A stretch of 64,000 nt of DNA from a virus (lineage: Duplodnaviria > Heunggongvirae > Uroviricota > Caudoviricetes > Ackermannviridae): positions 38,803-102,802 of IMG/VR virus record IMGVR_UViG_2974693523_000001; one strand, written 5' to 3'. Positions 1-7,619 of this stretch are shown piece by piece. Each line of letters opens with the position of its first letter. Within the stretch, counting starts at the first letter, position 1. The notes under the pieces are model-generated. The model had not been told where the DNA came from. It did no database searches and saw nothing but the letters and a program-made list of their open reading frames with translations. Both the position numbers and the translations under genes were made by a program.

Positions 1-289
1 TATTTGTTTTAGAACCCATTGAATAACCTTCAAGTGAAACGTCTGTAACACCCTCAGAAACAATAACAGCCTTTACCCAATTTGCCACTTTTCTAAATCT
101 TTCTTCTTCTGTAGCATAAGGTTCTTGAACAAGAATATTGACGTTACCCTTTGCATAAGTTCCGTTCAATCTCTTTATTTTACCATAATTATAGAAACGA
201 ATGTTTTCAAACTTGTGTGGGTGTTCAGTATTCCAAACACAGATAGCGGGTGAGTTTATTGATAGATCTAATCCAGCGACAATAGCCAT
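1..289 (-). CDS. RuvC/YqgF-like Holliday junction resolvase, partial (C-terminus beyond window edge)
   Basis: Minus-strand ATG at 289. N-terminus MAIVAGLDLSINSPAICVW matches the RuvC-fold motif (xLGxDxGxxxxGxAv). No stop before position 1. Confidence 0.35.
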   Translation of the reverse strand, partial: MAIVAGLDLSINSPAICVWNTEHPHKFENIRFYNYGKIKRLNGTYAKGNVNILVQEPYATEEERFRKVANWVKAVIVSEGVTDVSLEGYSMGSKTN

Positions 290-335
290 AAAAATGCCTT
301 ACACGTTGTTAACCATATAAGGCATATAGTTGGAT

Positions 336-1190
336 TTATACAGACATTGGGTATTTTAGTGGTCCGTGACTCTGATAACAAATAACATCAAAATCATCAG
401 TGTTGCATTTGAGAACATCATCCCAGTCTTTGATGCGAGGGTTAATCCATAGAATAGGTAAATCCATTGGCTCACGTTGAATTTGAATAAGCATTGTATC
501 ATATTGGTCCTCATAAATATGAGGATTTACAATGATATGAGTTGCTTCTGTAGGTTTATTACCTGTGATGCGCGCCATTAAACAAAGGAAAACAAACACC
601 TGAATCATGTTGAAATTTAATCCAAGAGGGACATCACATGAACGTTGATATGAGATCAGTGATAGATCTTTTTGAATTAAACTAAAATGATGTTGGTACA
701 TACATGGGCGTAGACAAGCCTTGTCAAAATCATCTGGTTTCCAGAAAGTGATGATTTCACCACGATCGTCAATACCCATTTTTAAATTTTCATAGACTTT
801 TGTGAATTGATTAACACCACCAAAGTCATGACCAATAACGCCATAGCATTTACCCATATCACCATCGCCGCGATAGTGTGGGTTGCTAGTCCAAGACGGA
901 CTAGATGCGTTTGCCAGCCATGTTTTAGTGCCTAATGCTACAAAGTCATAGGCATTATCATATCCCCTTAGATAACCGAGTAACTCGGCTACAGCTGACT
1001 TCCAAAAACTTTGACGTGTTGTATCCATTGGTAAGTTATTAAAATAAGCGCCATCTTCGGACATAACGGGATTGTACTCAAAAATAGCTTTTTTAAGTGT
1101 TAAGCATTTTTTACCCGTTCTTTCATTATGGATCCAAGTACCTTCTTGAACCAACTTACGACAAAGGTTTATATATTGATGATCAATCAT
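336..1190 (-). CDS. thyA: thymidylate synthase family enzyme (ThyA/Td-like; dUMP-specific by conserved Asn)
   Basis: Motifs MIDHQYINLCRKLVQEG (matches ThyA N-terminus), RTGKK, IITFWKPDD, PCMYQHHF (active-site Cys), YQRSCDVPLGLNFN. Start moved to the ATG at 1190, which has GGAGA upstream. Confidence 0.7.
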   Translation of the reverse strand: MIDHQYINLCRKLVQEGTWIHNERTGKKCLTLKKAIFEYNPVMSEDGAYFNNLPMDTTRQSFWKSAVAELLGYLRGYDNAYDFVALGTKTWLANASSPSWTSNPHYRGDGDMGKCYGVIGHDFGGVNQFTKVYENLKMGIDDRGEIITFWKPDDFDKACLRPCMYQHHFSLIQKDLSLISYQRSCDVPLGLNFNMIQVFVFLCLMARITGNKPTEATHIIVNPHIYEDQYDTMLIQIQREPMDLPILWINPRIKDWDDVLKCNTDDFDVICYQSHGPLKYPMSV

Positions 1191-1425
1191 GTATATTCTC
1201 CGAGGAAAATTGTGGGAGTGCATTTATGCGCTTGATACTAAATGAACCACTTTCAGCGTTCATTATAACTAAAAAATTTTCGCTATCTACATCAAGAACA
1301 AAAATAGAGGTTTTACATTGTAGAAACTTTTTATAAAGCCATTGATAAACCTGTGGTTCTGAATACATGTTTACTGAAACACTATCAGGTTTTGTTTTTA
1401 AATGTTCTATGAATTTTTCAATCAT
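1183..1425 (-). CDS. hypothetical protein
   Basis: ORF; internal ATG at 1425 preceded by GAGGAA. Track start at 1452 is TTG. Confidence 0.4.
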   Translation of the reverse strand: MIEKFIEHLKTKPDSVSVNMYSEPQVYQWLYKKFLQCKTSIFVLDVDSENFLVIMNAESGSFSIKRINALPQFSSENIHD

Positions 1426-1783
1426 TTTGTTCCTCAACATAATTAATTTCAAAAACTGTAATAGCTTTAATTATAATCTCATACCATGCAGAACGAAAAC
1501 CTGATTCATGGTATGAGAATAAATATTTATCACCATTGATGTTCACAACACCGTTTTGTAATTCACCATTATTAGAGGCAATGGTCATAAAATCAAAAGC
1601 TTTTCTATGGGTTTCATAATTGATAACAAACCAATCTTTCTTTTGTTCGATAGCGCTTTCTAATAAACTGTTAAATTCTAGGATCTGCTCCTCAGATACA
1701 TCTGTATCTCCATTGAGAATTTCTTCACAACATATCATACCAAAAGTACTGATTCTTTTTGCTACAAATTCCATTTTAGTCAC
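1418..1783 (-). CDS. hypothetical protein (121 aa)
   Basis: ORF packed tightly in a same-strand operon. Confidence 0.5.
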   Translation of the reverse strand: MTKMEFVAKRISTFGMICCEEILNGDTDVSEEQILEFNSLLESAIEQKKDWFVINYETHRKAFDFMTIASNNGELQNGVVNINGDKYLFSYHESGFRSAWYEIIIKAITVFEINYVEEQND

Positions 1784-2312
1784 CTAATTTTATTTGTCTG
1801 TCTTGAGGTCTTGAAAAAACATATGCTTCGCTTAGATTGCAATAGGTAAGAAGCCAATTCACATTACCTGTTGAAACAATCATAGGCGCATTTGAATTAC
1901 CAACACCAAGGTAAATGACATCACAAATGTTATAGAAACGGCTGTTTAGTGATATTTTTACAATGTGATCAAAATCAACAATACACTCAAGAAGAAACTC
2001 ATTAAGTTCCTTTTTCATTTTTTCCATAGGTTGATTATCTTTTAGATCATCATATGGTGTAACTACCTCACGGGGCTCGATACACATATTCATTATTTCA
2101 AAAGAATACATGAGTCGCTTCACAAGGAATTGCCCTTTACCACACTTGATGATAAATTTTGAACCAGAACCCTTATTTCTTTCTTCTATAAAATATCTAT
2201 CCAAAATAGGATAGGCAATATTAGACGTATCAATAACCGTTTTATCCCATAGACGTAAAGGTAATTGAGAACTCAATATAGATGCAAATCTGTTAAGTTT
2301 CATTTTAAACAC
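1776..2312 (-). CDS. hypothetical protein (178 aa)
   Basis: ORF in a same-strand operon; 8-nt overlap with downstream gene. Confidence 0.5.
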   Translation of the reverse strand: MFKMKLNRFASILSSQLPLRLWDKTVIDTSNIAYPILDRYFIEERNKGSGSKFIIKCGKGQFLVKRLMYSFEIMNMCIEPREVVTPYDDLKDNQPMEKMKKELNEFLLECIVDFDHIVKISLNSRFYNICDVIYLGVGNSNAPMIVSTGNVNWLLTYCNLSEAYVFSRPQDRQIKLGD

Positions 2313-2314
2313 CT

Positions 2315-2665
2315 TTAAAATATAGCTGTAATGGATGTTTCAATAAATTCTGGTGCGACCAATGTGTAACGCTCAGGGCATAGCGCATTATCAGCAGTAT
2401 AGAACGCGATATAAACAACACCATTAATAATAAAACGATGTACATAGTTGCTATGTTCTACCGCGTTTTCAATGAACCGGAATGCTTTCTCATTACCTAC
2501 GCTACAGATATCAAAAATTTCTTCTTTTTTGCGACCAACAAACATTTGTAAAAAAGCAGAACGCATTTCAAAAAATTCTTCTTTTGTTAAATCAGAATTC
2601 ATCATGACAATATTCCTATTAAAAGTTATTTTGAATACTTTAAACCAAAAATCTTCAATAAACAT
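2315..2665 (-). CDS. hypothetical protein
   Basis: ORF; track start at 2692 is GTG and lies inside a hairpin. First ATG is at 2665. Confidence 0.4.
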   Translation of the reverse strand: MFIEDFWFKVFKITFNRNIVMMNSDLTKEEFFEMRSAFLQMFVGRKKEEIFDICSVGNEKAFRFIENAVEHSNYVHRFIINGVVYIAFYTADNALCPERYTLVAPEFIETSITAIF

Positions 2666-2677
2666 CAATTTTTTAAG

Positions 2678-2706
2678 AAAAAAAAAATCCACCCCGAAGA
2701 GTGGAT
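2678..2706 (-). terminator. intrinsic terminator (hairpin ATCCAC/GTGGAT followed by U-run on minus strand)
   Basis: A10 run, 6-bp stem and loop on the plus strand equal stem plus U-run on the minus strand. Sits immediately 3' of the tRNA-like element. Confidence 0.4.
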
Positions 2707-2716
2707 TTTAATGGGT

Positions 2717-2782
2717 TGGCGAGGGCGGGAGTTGAACCCGCTGTTTAGCTGTGCGGACTAAACAAAAACCTCTATCTACGCC
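2717..2782 (-). pseudogene. degenerate tRNA-like element (intact T-arm GCGGG-TTCAACT-CCCGC and acceptor 3' strand; no canonical D/anticodon arms; possible GCA loop)
   Basis: Manual folding: the T-arm and a 7-nt acceptor 3' strand are present, but the 5' acceptor partner and D-arm are not recoverable in about 66 nt. Confidence 0.3.
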
Positions 2783-2961
2783 TTTAATTTTTTGATGGTC
2801 CAGTCAAACAATGTCCACTTTGTTAGATAGCGATATGCATCTCTATAACTTTTAAACTGTGTTGCCTTATTAATATCCAAAGTATAACAGACATCACCTG
2901 GGAAACTAACAATATATTGTCTTTCACTGTTTGCTATAACAAACATATCACACCTTTAAAA

Positions 2962-3038
2962 TGGTGGGTCTGAGGGGAATTGAACCCCTGATCCTAGAGT
3001 TATGAGCTCTCCGCTTTAGACCGCTAAGCTACAGACCC
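2962..3038 (-). tRNA. tRNA-Met (anticodon CAT; could be initiator/elongator/Ile-lysidine type)
   Basis: Manual cloverleaf: acceptor GGGTCTG/CAGACCC, D-arm GCTT-AGCGGTCTAA-AGC, anticodon stem GAGAG/CTCTA with loop CTCATAA, T-arm AGGGG-TTCAATT-CCCCT, encoded CCA. Confidence 0.85.
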
Positions 3039-3706
3039 TTATAACGTATTAACTCCTTGATAGTATCAAAAGTGTTTGTATCAAGAAGTTTGATGTGTTC
3101 GCCTCTGATGATATACAATGGTTTAGTGCAATATGCCCATTTGCATTCATCCCTTTCTGTTTTATAACCCTTAACTTCTATAAAACATTCATAAGCGGGT
3201 AAATAAAAATCAGGGAAATATAAATGAGGACTTTCTCTCCAAATATACTCTTGAGGGTGTGTTTCACCTTCCCACTCTATGTTATTAGCATCAAGCCATT
3301 TGGCTACTAATAATTCCCAGTTACCCTTTAGTTTGTGGCCTCTGTATTCGATACAATTTCTTCCACAAACATTATTGGATGAATAAGAACTAGGGTTTTC
3401 AGAAACAGCCCTTTTCATCCTTTCTGAATGAGCCTTCCTTCTTTGATCAGTCCATTCAATGTTAGAACTCGCAACACTTAATTTTTCTCTAGTATCTTGA
3501 GAAACGATACACTCACGGCCTTCCTGTTTAGCTTTAGTGAATTGATTCTGACCATTACCTCTCCTTTCACTCATAGCTTTCAACCAAGCTTCTGATTTAG
3601 GTTTTTTAGGTTTGATGTTTATGTTATTCTTGCATGCGGACTCATGCACTGCTAAACCTCCAGTGTTCCCACATGTTTTCCCACAATATTTACATTGTAG
3701 CTGCAT
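3029..3706 (-). CDS. freestanding homing-endonuclease-like protein: N-terminal Cys/His zinc finger plus C-terminal PD-(D/E)xK nuclease core
   Basis: CKYCGKTC...HESAC zinc finger; C-terminal PDFYLPAYECFIEVKG fits D...ExK. Start moved to the ATG at 3706, where the preceding GAGG is an SD. The track's N-terminal extension (3707-3826) is built from tRNA remnants. Sits between tRNA genes. Confidence 0.5.
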   Translation of the reverse strand: MQLQCKYCGKTCGNTGGLAVHESACKNNINIKPKKPKSEAWLKAMSERRGNGQNQFTKAKQEGRECIVSQDTREKLSVASSNIEWTDQRRKAHSERMKRAVSENPSSYSSNNVCGRNCIEYRGHKLKGNWELLVAKWLDANNIEWEGETHPQEYIWRESPHLYFPDFYLPAYECFIEVKGYKTERDECKWAYCTKPLYIIRGEHIKLLDTNTFDTIKELIRYKGL

Positions 3707-3711
3707 AACAA

Positions 3712-3736
3712 CCTCTAACCACTGAGCTAAGGGGCC
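3712..3736 (-). pseudogene. tRNA 5'-half remnant (GGCCCCT-TA-GCTC-AGTGGTTAGAGG)
   Basis: Perfect tRNA acceptor-plus-D-arm signature with no matching 3' half nearby. Its GAGG now serves as the SD of the endonuclease gene. Confidence 0.45.
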
Positions 3737-3806
3737 AAAATTGGGAGCGGGATGGTTGATAGCCATCAGTATGTAATCCATCATAGGCAAGGCTTTGATG
3801 CCTTGG

Positions 3807-3842
3807 GTCTGTGTGCCTAGAATCACATACCTCTCCGCTTTA
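3807..3842 (-). pseudogene. decayed tRNA-Met-like remnant
   Basis: Shares the segments gggtctg, cctaga and cctctccgcttta with the intact tRNA-Met at 2962-3038, with internal deletions. Confidence 0.35.
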
Positions 3843-4115
3843 TTCTTCTGGTTCTTTCAAACTTTGTTCTTTTGAAAGATTGTTCATAATAAAATCGAAT
3901 AAAATTTCTGTTTTGTCTACGGACCAACATTCATGCCCATTTTTCATAACAGCAACAGAAACAGGTCTTCCTTTATCATCCCAACAATTAACTTCTGTAT
4001 AACAGGCACTTTGATCAGCGTCAATATCACCGTGGACTTGCTTGAACATCCACAATAGCTTCTGTTCATCGTTCATTTCAGAAATTAACATTTTATTCAC
4101 CAAATGGTTCTTCAT
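3840..4115 (-). CDS. hypothetical protein (91 aa)
   Basis: ORF between tRNA genes. Confidence 0.4.
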   Translation of the reverse strand: MKNHLVNKMLISEMNDEQKLLWMFKQVHGDIDADQSACYTEVNCWDDKGRPVSVAVMKNGHECWSVDKTEILFDFIMNNLSKEQSLKEPEE

Positions 4116-4323
4116 AAAAACGAAGCGGGTGTTTAGAGGCCATTAGGTTCACACAAAAAGACAACTCCTTTACATCTTCATGGATAATAGCGTCAGGGTT
4201 GTTTTTGTATTCCTTGCGTTGCTCTTGTGCAACCTGTAACACAAGTTTCACAAAGCCGTAAAGTCCTTTAGCTCGGATACCTTTTCTGATGTTCTCGACC
4301 AGTTGTTGATCTAAATTTTCCAT
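4093..4323 (-). CDS. hypothetical protein (76 aa)
   Basis: Track ORF starts inside tRNA-Arg. Internal ATG at 4323 is preceded by AGAGGTG. Confidence 0.4.
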   Translation of the reverse strand: MENLDQQLVENIRKGIRAKGLYGFVKLVLQVAQEQRKEYKNNPDAIIHEDVKELSFCVNLMASKHPLRFYEEPFGE

Positions 4324-4340
4324 AAACACCTCTAAACAAA

Positions 4341-4417
4341 TGGCGCGCTGTACAGGATTCGAACCTGTGACCACAAGCTTAGAAGGCTCGTGCTCTATCC
4401 TACTGAGCTAACAGCGC
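4341..4417 (-). tRNA. tRNA-Arg (anticodon TCT)
   Basis: Manual cloverleaf: acceptor GCGCTGT/ACAGCGC, D-arm GCTC-AGTAGGATA-GAGC, anticodon stem CGAGC/GCTTG with loop CTTCTAA, T-arm ACAGG-TTCGAAT-CCTGT, discriminator G, CCA. Confidence 0.85.
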
Positions 4418-4652
4418 ATAAATTAATGAGGGTTACGCCGTCCCTCTGCTACCGCTTGCCGGCCATTACGCCTCATCAAAGTAGCCGATTTATTTTATTG
4501 AAATCCTCTTAAGTCGAATATAATAGAGCATACCTCTAAATTCTTTATAGCCATGTGCCACTCAAAAGGATTTCAATAAAGGGGCTGTTTCAAACCCCTT
4601 GGAATGGTGTGGATTAACAATCGCTGACCTGTAATTGTACAGGCACCACACG

Positions 4653-5282
4653 CTAGTTCACAGCGTCACCAATATGACTGAGTTGGTGAACGTCCCCATT
4701 GTCTAGGGCATCTCTCCACCTAAGCAAGGCTTCTTTAACTTCTTTATTACTCTGAGTCATAGCTAAACGGTAAGCATATTCAGATTTTCTTCTGCGCCAA
4801 GCATAATGAGCTTCTAACTCTCTTTCAAAAAGACCTAGATATCCACGTTTTTTATTGAATGGGTCATTACATTGCGCTTTGAACTTACCCGCTACTTTAC
4901 ACCAGCAAACACCTATGAGATATTCTCCAGAACTAGCTTTGTGATCATTTATGAACGCATTAATTTGCCTTGTCACAAACATACATGTATCAGGTGAATA
5001 TAATTTGTTCCCTACTAGCTTTAAATCTTTGTCTAGTACATAATCAAACCCATCTGTTGGGTAATTAGATTCATACCATTCAGCAAAATTTTGGTAGTGT
5101 AACCAATCACCACAAACTTCACATTCTTTATACGTTGGTTGCCTAGAATGATATTTCACGTCGTAGCATCTCTGGAGCATACTTCTCCATTTTATGTACG
5201 AATCTGTTAGAACGCCATCTTGACTCGCTTTATGACGCCCCTTTTCATAGACACCAACACCAAACAATAATTTGTTTCTCAT
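4653..5282 (-). CDS. freestanding homing-endonuclease-like protein with HNH-like region and AP2-type DNA-binding domain
   Basis: YLIGVCWCKVAGKFKAQCN..RGYLGLFERELEAHYAW fits the AP2 pattern. N-terminal GVYEKGRH...YIKWRSMLQRCY and LDKDLKLVGNKLYSPDTCMFVTRQINAF resemble phage HNH/AP2 homing endonucleases. Sits inside the tRNA cluster. Confidence 0.5.
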   Translation of the reverse strand: MRNKLLFGVGVYEKGRHKASQDGVLTDSYIKWRSMLQRCYDVKYHSRQPTYKECEVCGDWLHYQNFAEWYESNYPTDGFDYVLDKDLKLVGNKLYSPDTCMFVTRQINAFINDHKASSGEYLIGVCWCKVAGKFKAQCNDPFNKKRGYLGLFERELEAHYAWRRRKSEYAYRLAMTQSNKEVKEALLRWRDALDNGDVHQLSHIGDAVN

Positions 5283-5840
5283 AACAAATGTACTCGACGA
5301 AAACTTCTCAAAATATACTTTCTCAAATACATTTTGAGAAGTGGGTTGGGAAAATACCCACGTCCCGTCTGTCTCACGACAGTCTCAATCTAGCGGGTCT
5401 TAGGCTCCCGTTAGAAGGGTTCTGTACGGCTTGAGGGATGTAAGCCACCAGAACTAGCGAAACACAACATTTGATCGCGAAATGGCATGTTTATAGCGGT
5501 TGACTTCCCGCGACTGGCAAAACCCCAGTCCATAGAGCGTGGTATGCGTTGCCTCACTCTTTTAAGCGGTCTTAATCTTAGATGAGGAATCCGTTAGCAA
5601 CAATGTTAATCGGATTGATTAAGACCGCTTAAAAAAGACCCCTACACTAAAGGGGTGAACATAAATTTATGTCCTTTTAAAACGCACTTTATCACATCAA
5701 AACAAACTTGAAAAATTTATTTTGATGTGACCCCTATACAGGGACCACAACTGACCTCCGAATCCCAACAAAACGAGGGTCACTGGTTTGCCATGCCATG
5801 TCTTACCAGCTTTAAACACTCTTGACAAAAAGCGCTTAAA
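5283..5840. other. 558-bp structured non-coding region (multiple perfect hairpins/palindromes); candidate stable small RNA(s)
   Basis: 14-bp perfect stem aagcggtcttaatc...gattaagaccgctt (5563-5632) with an internal aatccg/cggatt stem. 14-nt palindrome acataaatttatgt. 11-bp inverted repeat tcacatcaaaa/ttttgatgtga. No credible ORF. Confidence 0.4.
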
Positions 5841-5842
5841 GA

Positions 5843-5919
5843 TGGCGTCCACAATGGGATTTGAACCCATGACCTTTCCCTTAGGAGGGGAATGCTCTAT
5901 CCAACTGAGCTACGCGGAC
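5843..5919 (-). tRNA. tRNA-Arg (anticodon CCT)
   Basis: Manual cloverleaf: acceptor GTCCGCG/TGTGGAC (two G-U pairs), D-arm GCTC-AGTTGGATA-GAGC, anticodon stem TTCCC/GGGAA with loop CTCCTAA, T-arm ATGGG-TTCAAAT-CCCAT, discriminator G, CCA. Confidence 0.75.
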
Positions 5920-5921
5920 GG

Positions 5922-6011
5922 TGGTGGGTGCAGATGGATTCGAACCATCCCGTTTCAAACCTCATTCCTCACAAGGATATGCGCGACCTCTCGCTATTAC
6001 AGTTTACACCC
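5922..6011 (-). ncRNA. 90-nt tRNA-like RNA (intact acceptor GGGTGTA/TGCACCC, T-arm GATGG-TTCGAAT-CCATC, CCA) lacking a canonical anticodon/D arm
   Basis: Manual folding: the ends are perfectly tRNA-like, but the interior 55 nt folds as a GCGA-GAGG-TCGC hairpin and gives no 5-bp/7-nt anticodon arm. Either a type-II tRNA that needs tRNAscan-SE, or a tRNA-derived stable RNA. Confidence 0.35.
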
Positions 6012-6019
6012 AAATTGAA

Positions 6020-6106
6020 CACCCCGTGCAGGATTCGAACCTGCGTCACTTTCGGTATCTCGAGCACGAGTCTCCGACTAATCTTAACCGCTAGAATGAA
6101 CGGGGT
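6020..6106 (-). ncRNA. 87-nt tRNA-like RNA (acceptor ACCCCGT/ACGGGGT, T-arm GCAGG-TTCGAAT-CCTGC, no encoded CCA) with non-canonical interior
   Basis: Manual folding: acceptor and T-arm are perfect, the D-arm is weak, and the interior forms an extended interrupted hairpin TCGG-AGA-CTCG-TGCT-CGAG-ATA-CCGA instead of an anticodon arm. Confidence 0.3.
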
Positions 6107-6322
6107 GGTTGGCGGTGAGTAATTTAGCTAACTCACCTTATCAATTTATATTATTAAAGAGCTTTTGGGTGTTTTAAGTAAGGGCGGATTTTAACCCGCC
6201 CTGTACTTTGGACGCCCCGTTAAGTAACTAAGCTGCTGTTTTTGAACTGCTTATTCCTTAACTTGAGACCATTAAAACATGCTTAATTTATGAAAGCAAC
6301 ACATTTTTAATTTTTTTTTTTG

Positions 6323-6469
6323 TTACTCGTCTTCGTCTTCCAAACCACCACTCAATTCAATGTCAGGTGATTCACAAAATGGGCAAACTTCTGGCTTTAT
6401 GTGTGAATTACAAGAAATTGAACACTCTTCGTCACAGTTTTGACAAATTATACCGTAGACAACATCCAT
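6323..6469 (-). CDS. small Cys-rich (zinc-ribbon-like) protein, 48 aa, acidic C-terminus
   Basis: Own translation: MDVVYGIICQNCDEECSISCNSHIKPEVCPFCESPDIELSGGLEDEDE. GAGGA SD lies 8 nt upstream. Absent from the ORF track (under 60 aa). Confidence 0.4.
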   Translation of the reverse strand: MDVVYGIICQNCDEECSISCNSHIKPEVCPFCESPDIELSGGLEDEDE

Positions 6470-6514
6470 CTTAATATCCTCATGATTTGTTTGATGTTAT
6501 GCGTTTAATTAGTA

Positions 6515-7051
6515 TCATTTTCCTTCTAGAAAATCAGCTTCTTTGTTTCTTCTTGATTTATAGCGATCACCAAAATTTCTAAGATTTTTTACCACTGCTA
6601 CCCAATCATGTGATGTGACCTGCTTCCAGAAATTAGGCGTTTTCTTTGATAAATCACCATACTGAAATGATACAGAAGCAATAACGGTTGCCTGTCGCTT
6701 GGTAAGCTGTTCGAAAGGTATTTTACTAACTGCATTAAATGACTTAACTAATCTGTCTATGCTCTGTTTATGCGCTACAGCGTTGATCTCTCTAGCTTGC
6801 TCCTTTGTAACTGTCAAAGGTTTTAATTTTAGAGCGTTTAATGCTGATTCTTTTTTCAAACCAACATATGGTTTTAATTTATTGGCTATTTCAGGTTTAA
6901 AAAGTTTATCCAATTCAGCGCTAGTCCTTGCACCTATGTCAAAACCTGATGCTATGGTAACACCACTTTGACTGTTCTTTGGATCCGGAACATAACCCTT
7001 TAATTCAAAACCTTCTAATTTTTCTATAAATTCAAAATCTATGTTTTTCAT
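6515..7051 (-). CDS. lysozyme-family protein (T4-lysozyme/pesticin-like fold), endolysin candidate
   Basis: N-terminal LEGFELKGYVPDPKNSQSGVTIASGFDIG fits the EG..L..Y.D...G.TIG.G pattern of GH24/pesticin-like muramidases. Position next to the tRNA cluster mirrors T4 gene e. Confidence 0.5.
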   Translation of the reverse strand: MKNIDFEFIEKLEGFELKGYVPDPKNSQSGVTIASGFDIGARTSAELDKLFKPEIANKLKPYVGLKKESALNALKLKPLTVTKEQAREINAVAHKQSIDRLVKSFNAVSKIPFEQLTKRQATVIASVSFQYGDLSKKTPNFWKQVTSHDWVAVVKNLRNFGDRYKSRRNKEADFLEGK

Positions 7052-7085
7052 TTTTCATACCCCATTGTTGAATGGGATATTTAGA

Positions 7086-7120
7086 GAAAAAAAAAAAGAC
7101 CACTTATGTGGTCTTTTTTA
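7086..7120. terminator. bidirectional intrinsic terminator (A-run, AGACCAC-TTAT-GTGGTCT, T-run)
   Basis: Perfect 7-bp stem flanked by A11 and T6; lies between convergent ends of minus-strand genes. Confidence 0.6.
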
Positions 7121-7131
7121 GGATATGAAAA

Positions 7132-7614
7132 CTATTTCAAGGCAATAATTTTTGGTTCATCACCTTTGTTTAATGCCTGACCATCTAAGCCAACAAGTTG
7201 TGGTGTTGTCACTTGCTTAATGTCTTTTTCGTTCATACCTTCTTGCACCATTTCTTCAATAAGTGCTTTGGCTTCATTACGGCGTAAACGATCTAGAGCT
7301 TCTAATGATTCGTTATTACCAACGGTTACACTACCTTCAATAGGATCAACAACGTGACAATGAGTAAGATATACGTTGTCAAAGCCTAAAAGAACCATCT
7401 GCAATTCATGCAATACCATGATTGGATGACCTGTAATGTTTGCGGAGAAGTATCCTTCAACAACACCATTATTTTCTTTTACAACCAAAAAGGATGATGA
7501 AAAATAGACATAGTAGTCACCATTTTTCATCTCAATTAAAGGTTCTTCAGAACCTTTAAAAGTTTCTTTGTATTTTTCTGCTACTTGTTGACAGAAATTC
7601 TTTCTGATATCCAT
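7132..7614 (-). CDS. hypothetical protein (160 aa)
   Basis: ORF followed by the terminator at 7086-7120. Confidence 0.5.
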   Translation of the reverse strand: MDIRKNFCQQVAEKYKETFKGSEEPLIEMKNGDYYVYFSSSFLVVKENNGVVEGYFSANITGHPIMVLHELQMVLLGFDNVYLTHCHVVDPIEGSVTVGNNESLEALDRLRRNEAKALIEEMVQEGMNEKDIKQVTTPQLVGLDGQALNKGDEPKIIALK

Positions 7615-7619
7615 TATTG

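Noticed and set aside
336-1223. Group I intron in the thymidylate synthase gene (as in T4 td)
   Set aside because: The ThyA-like reading frame is continuous through all conserved motifs, with no insertion.
3029-3826. Group I intron with an ORF inside a tRNA gene (tRNA halves flanking the PD-(D/E)xK ORF)
   Set aside because: A tRNA 5' half is present at 3712-3736, but no matching 3' half exists. The downstream tRNA-Met (2962-3038) is complete on its own. So this is a tRNA remnant and not a split gene.
5563-5640. 14-bp perfect hairpin followed by A6 as a Rho-independent terminator
   Set aside because: The U-run would have to follow the stem on the transcribed strand. The plus strand has an A-run after the stem, and the minus strand has no T-run after it, so it does not fit an intrinsic terminator. 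Kept as part of the structured region instead.
5788-6122. Two 76-aa plus-strand ORFs (5788-6018, 5892-6122)
   Set aside because: They lie entirely antisense to the tRNA/tRNA-like genes. They have no SD, and their Cys/Arg-rich translations are typical of spurious frames over structured RNA.
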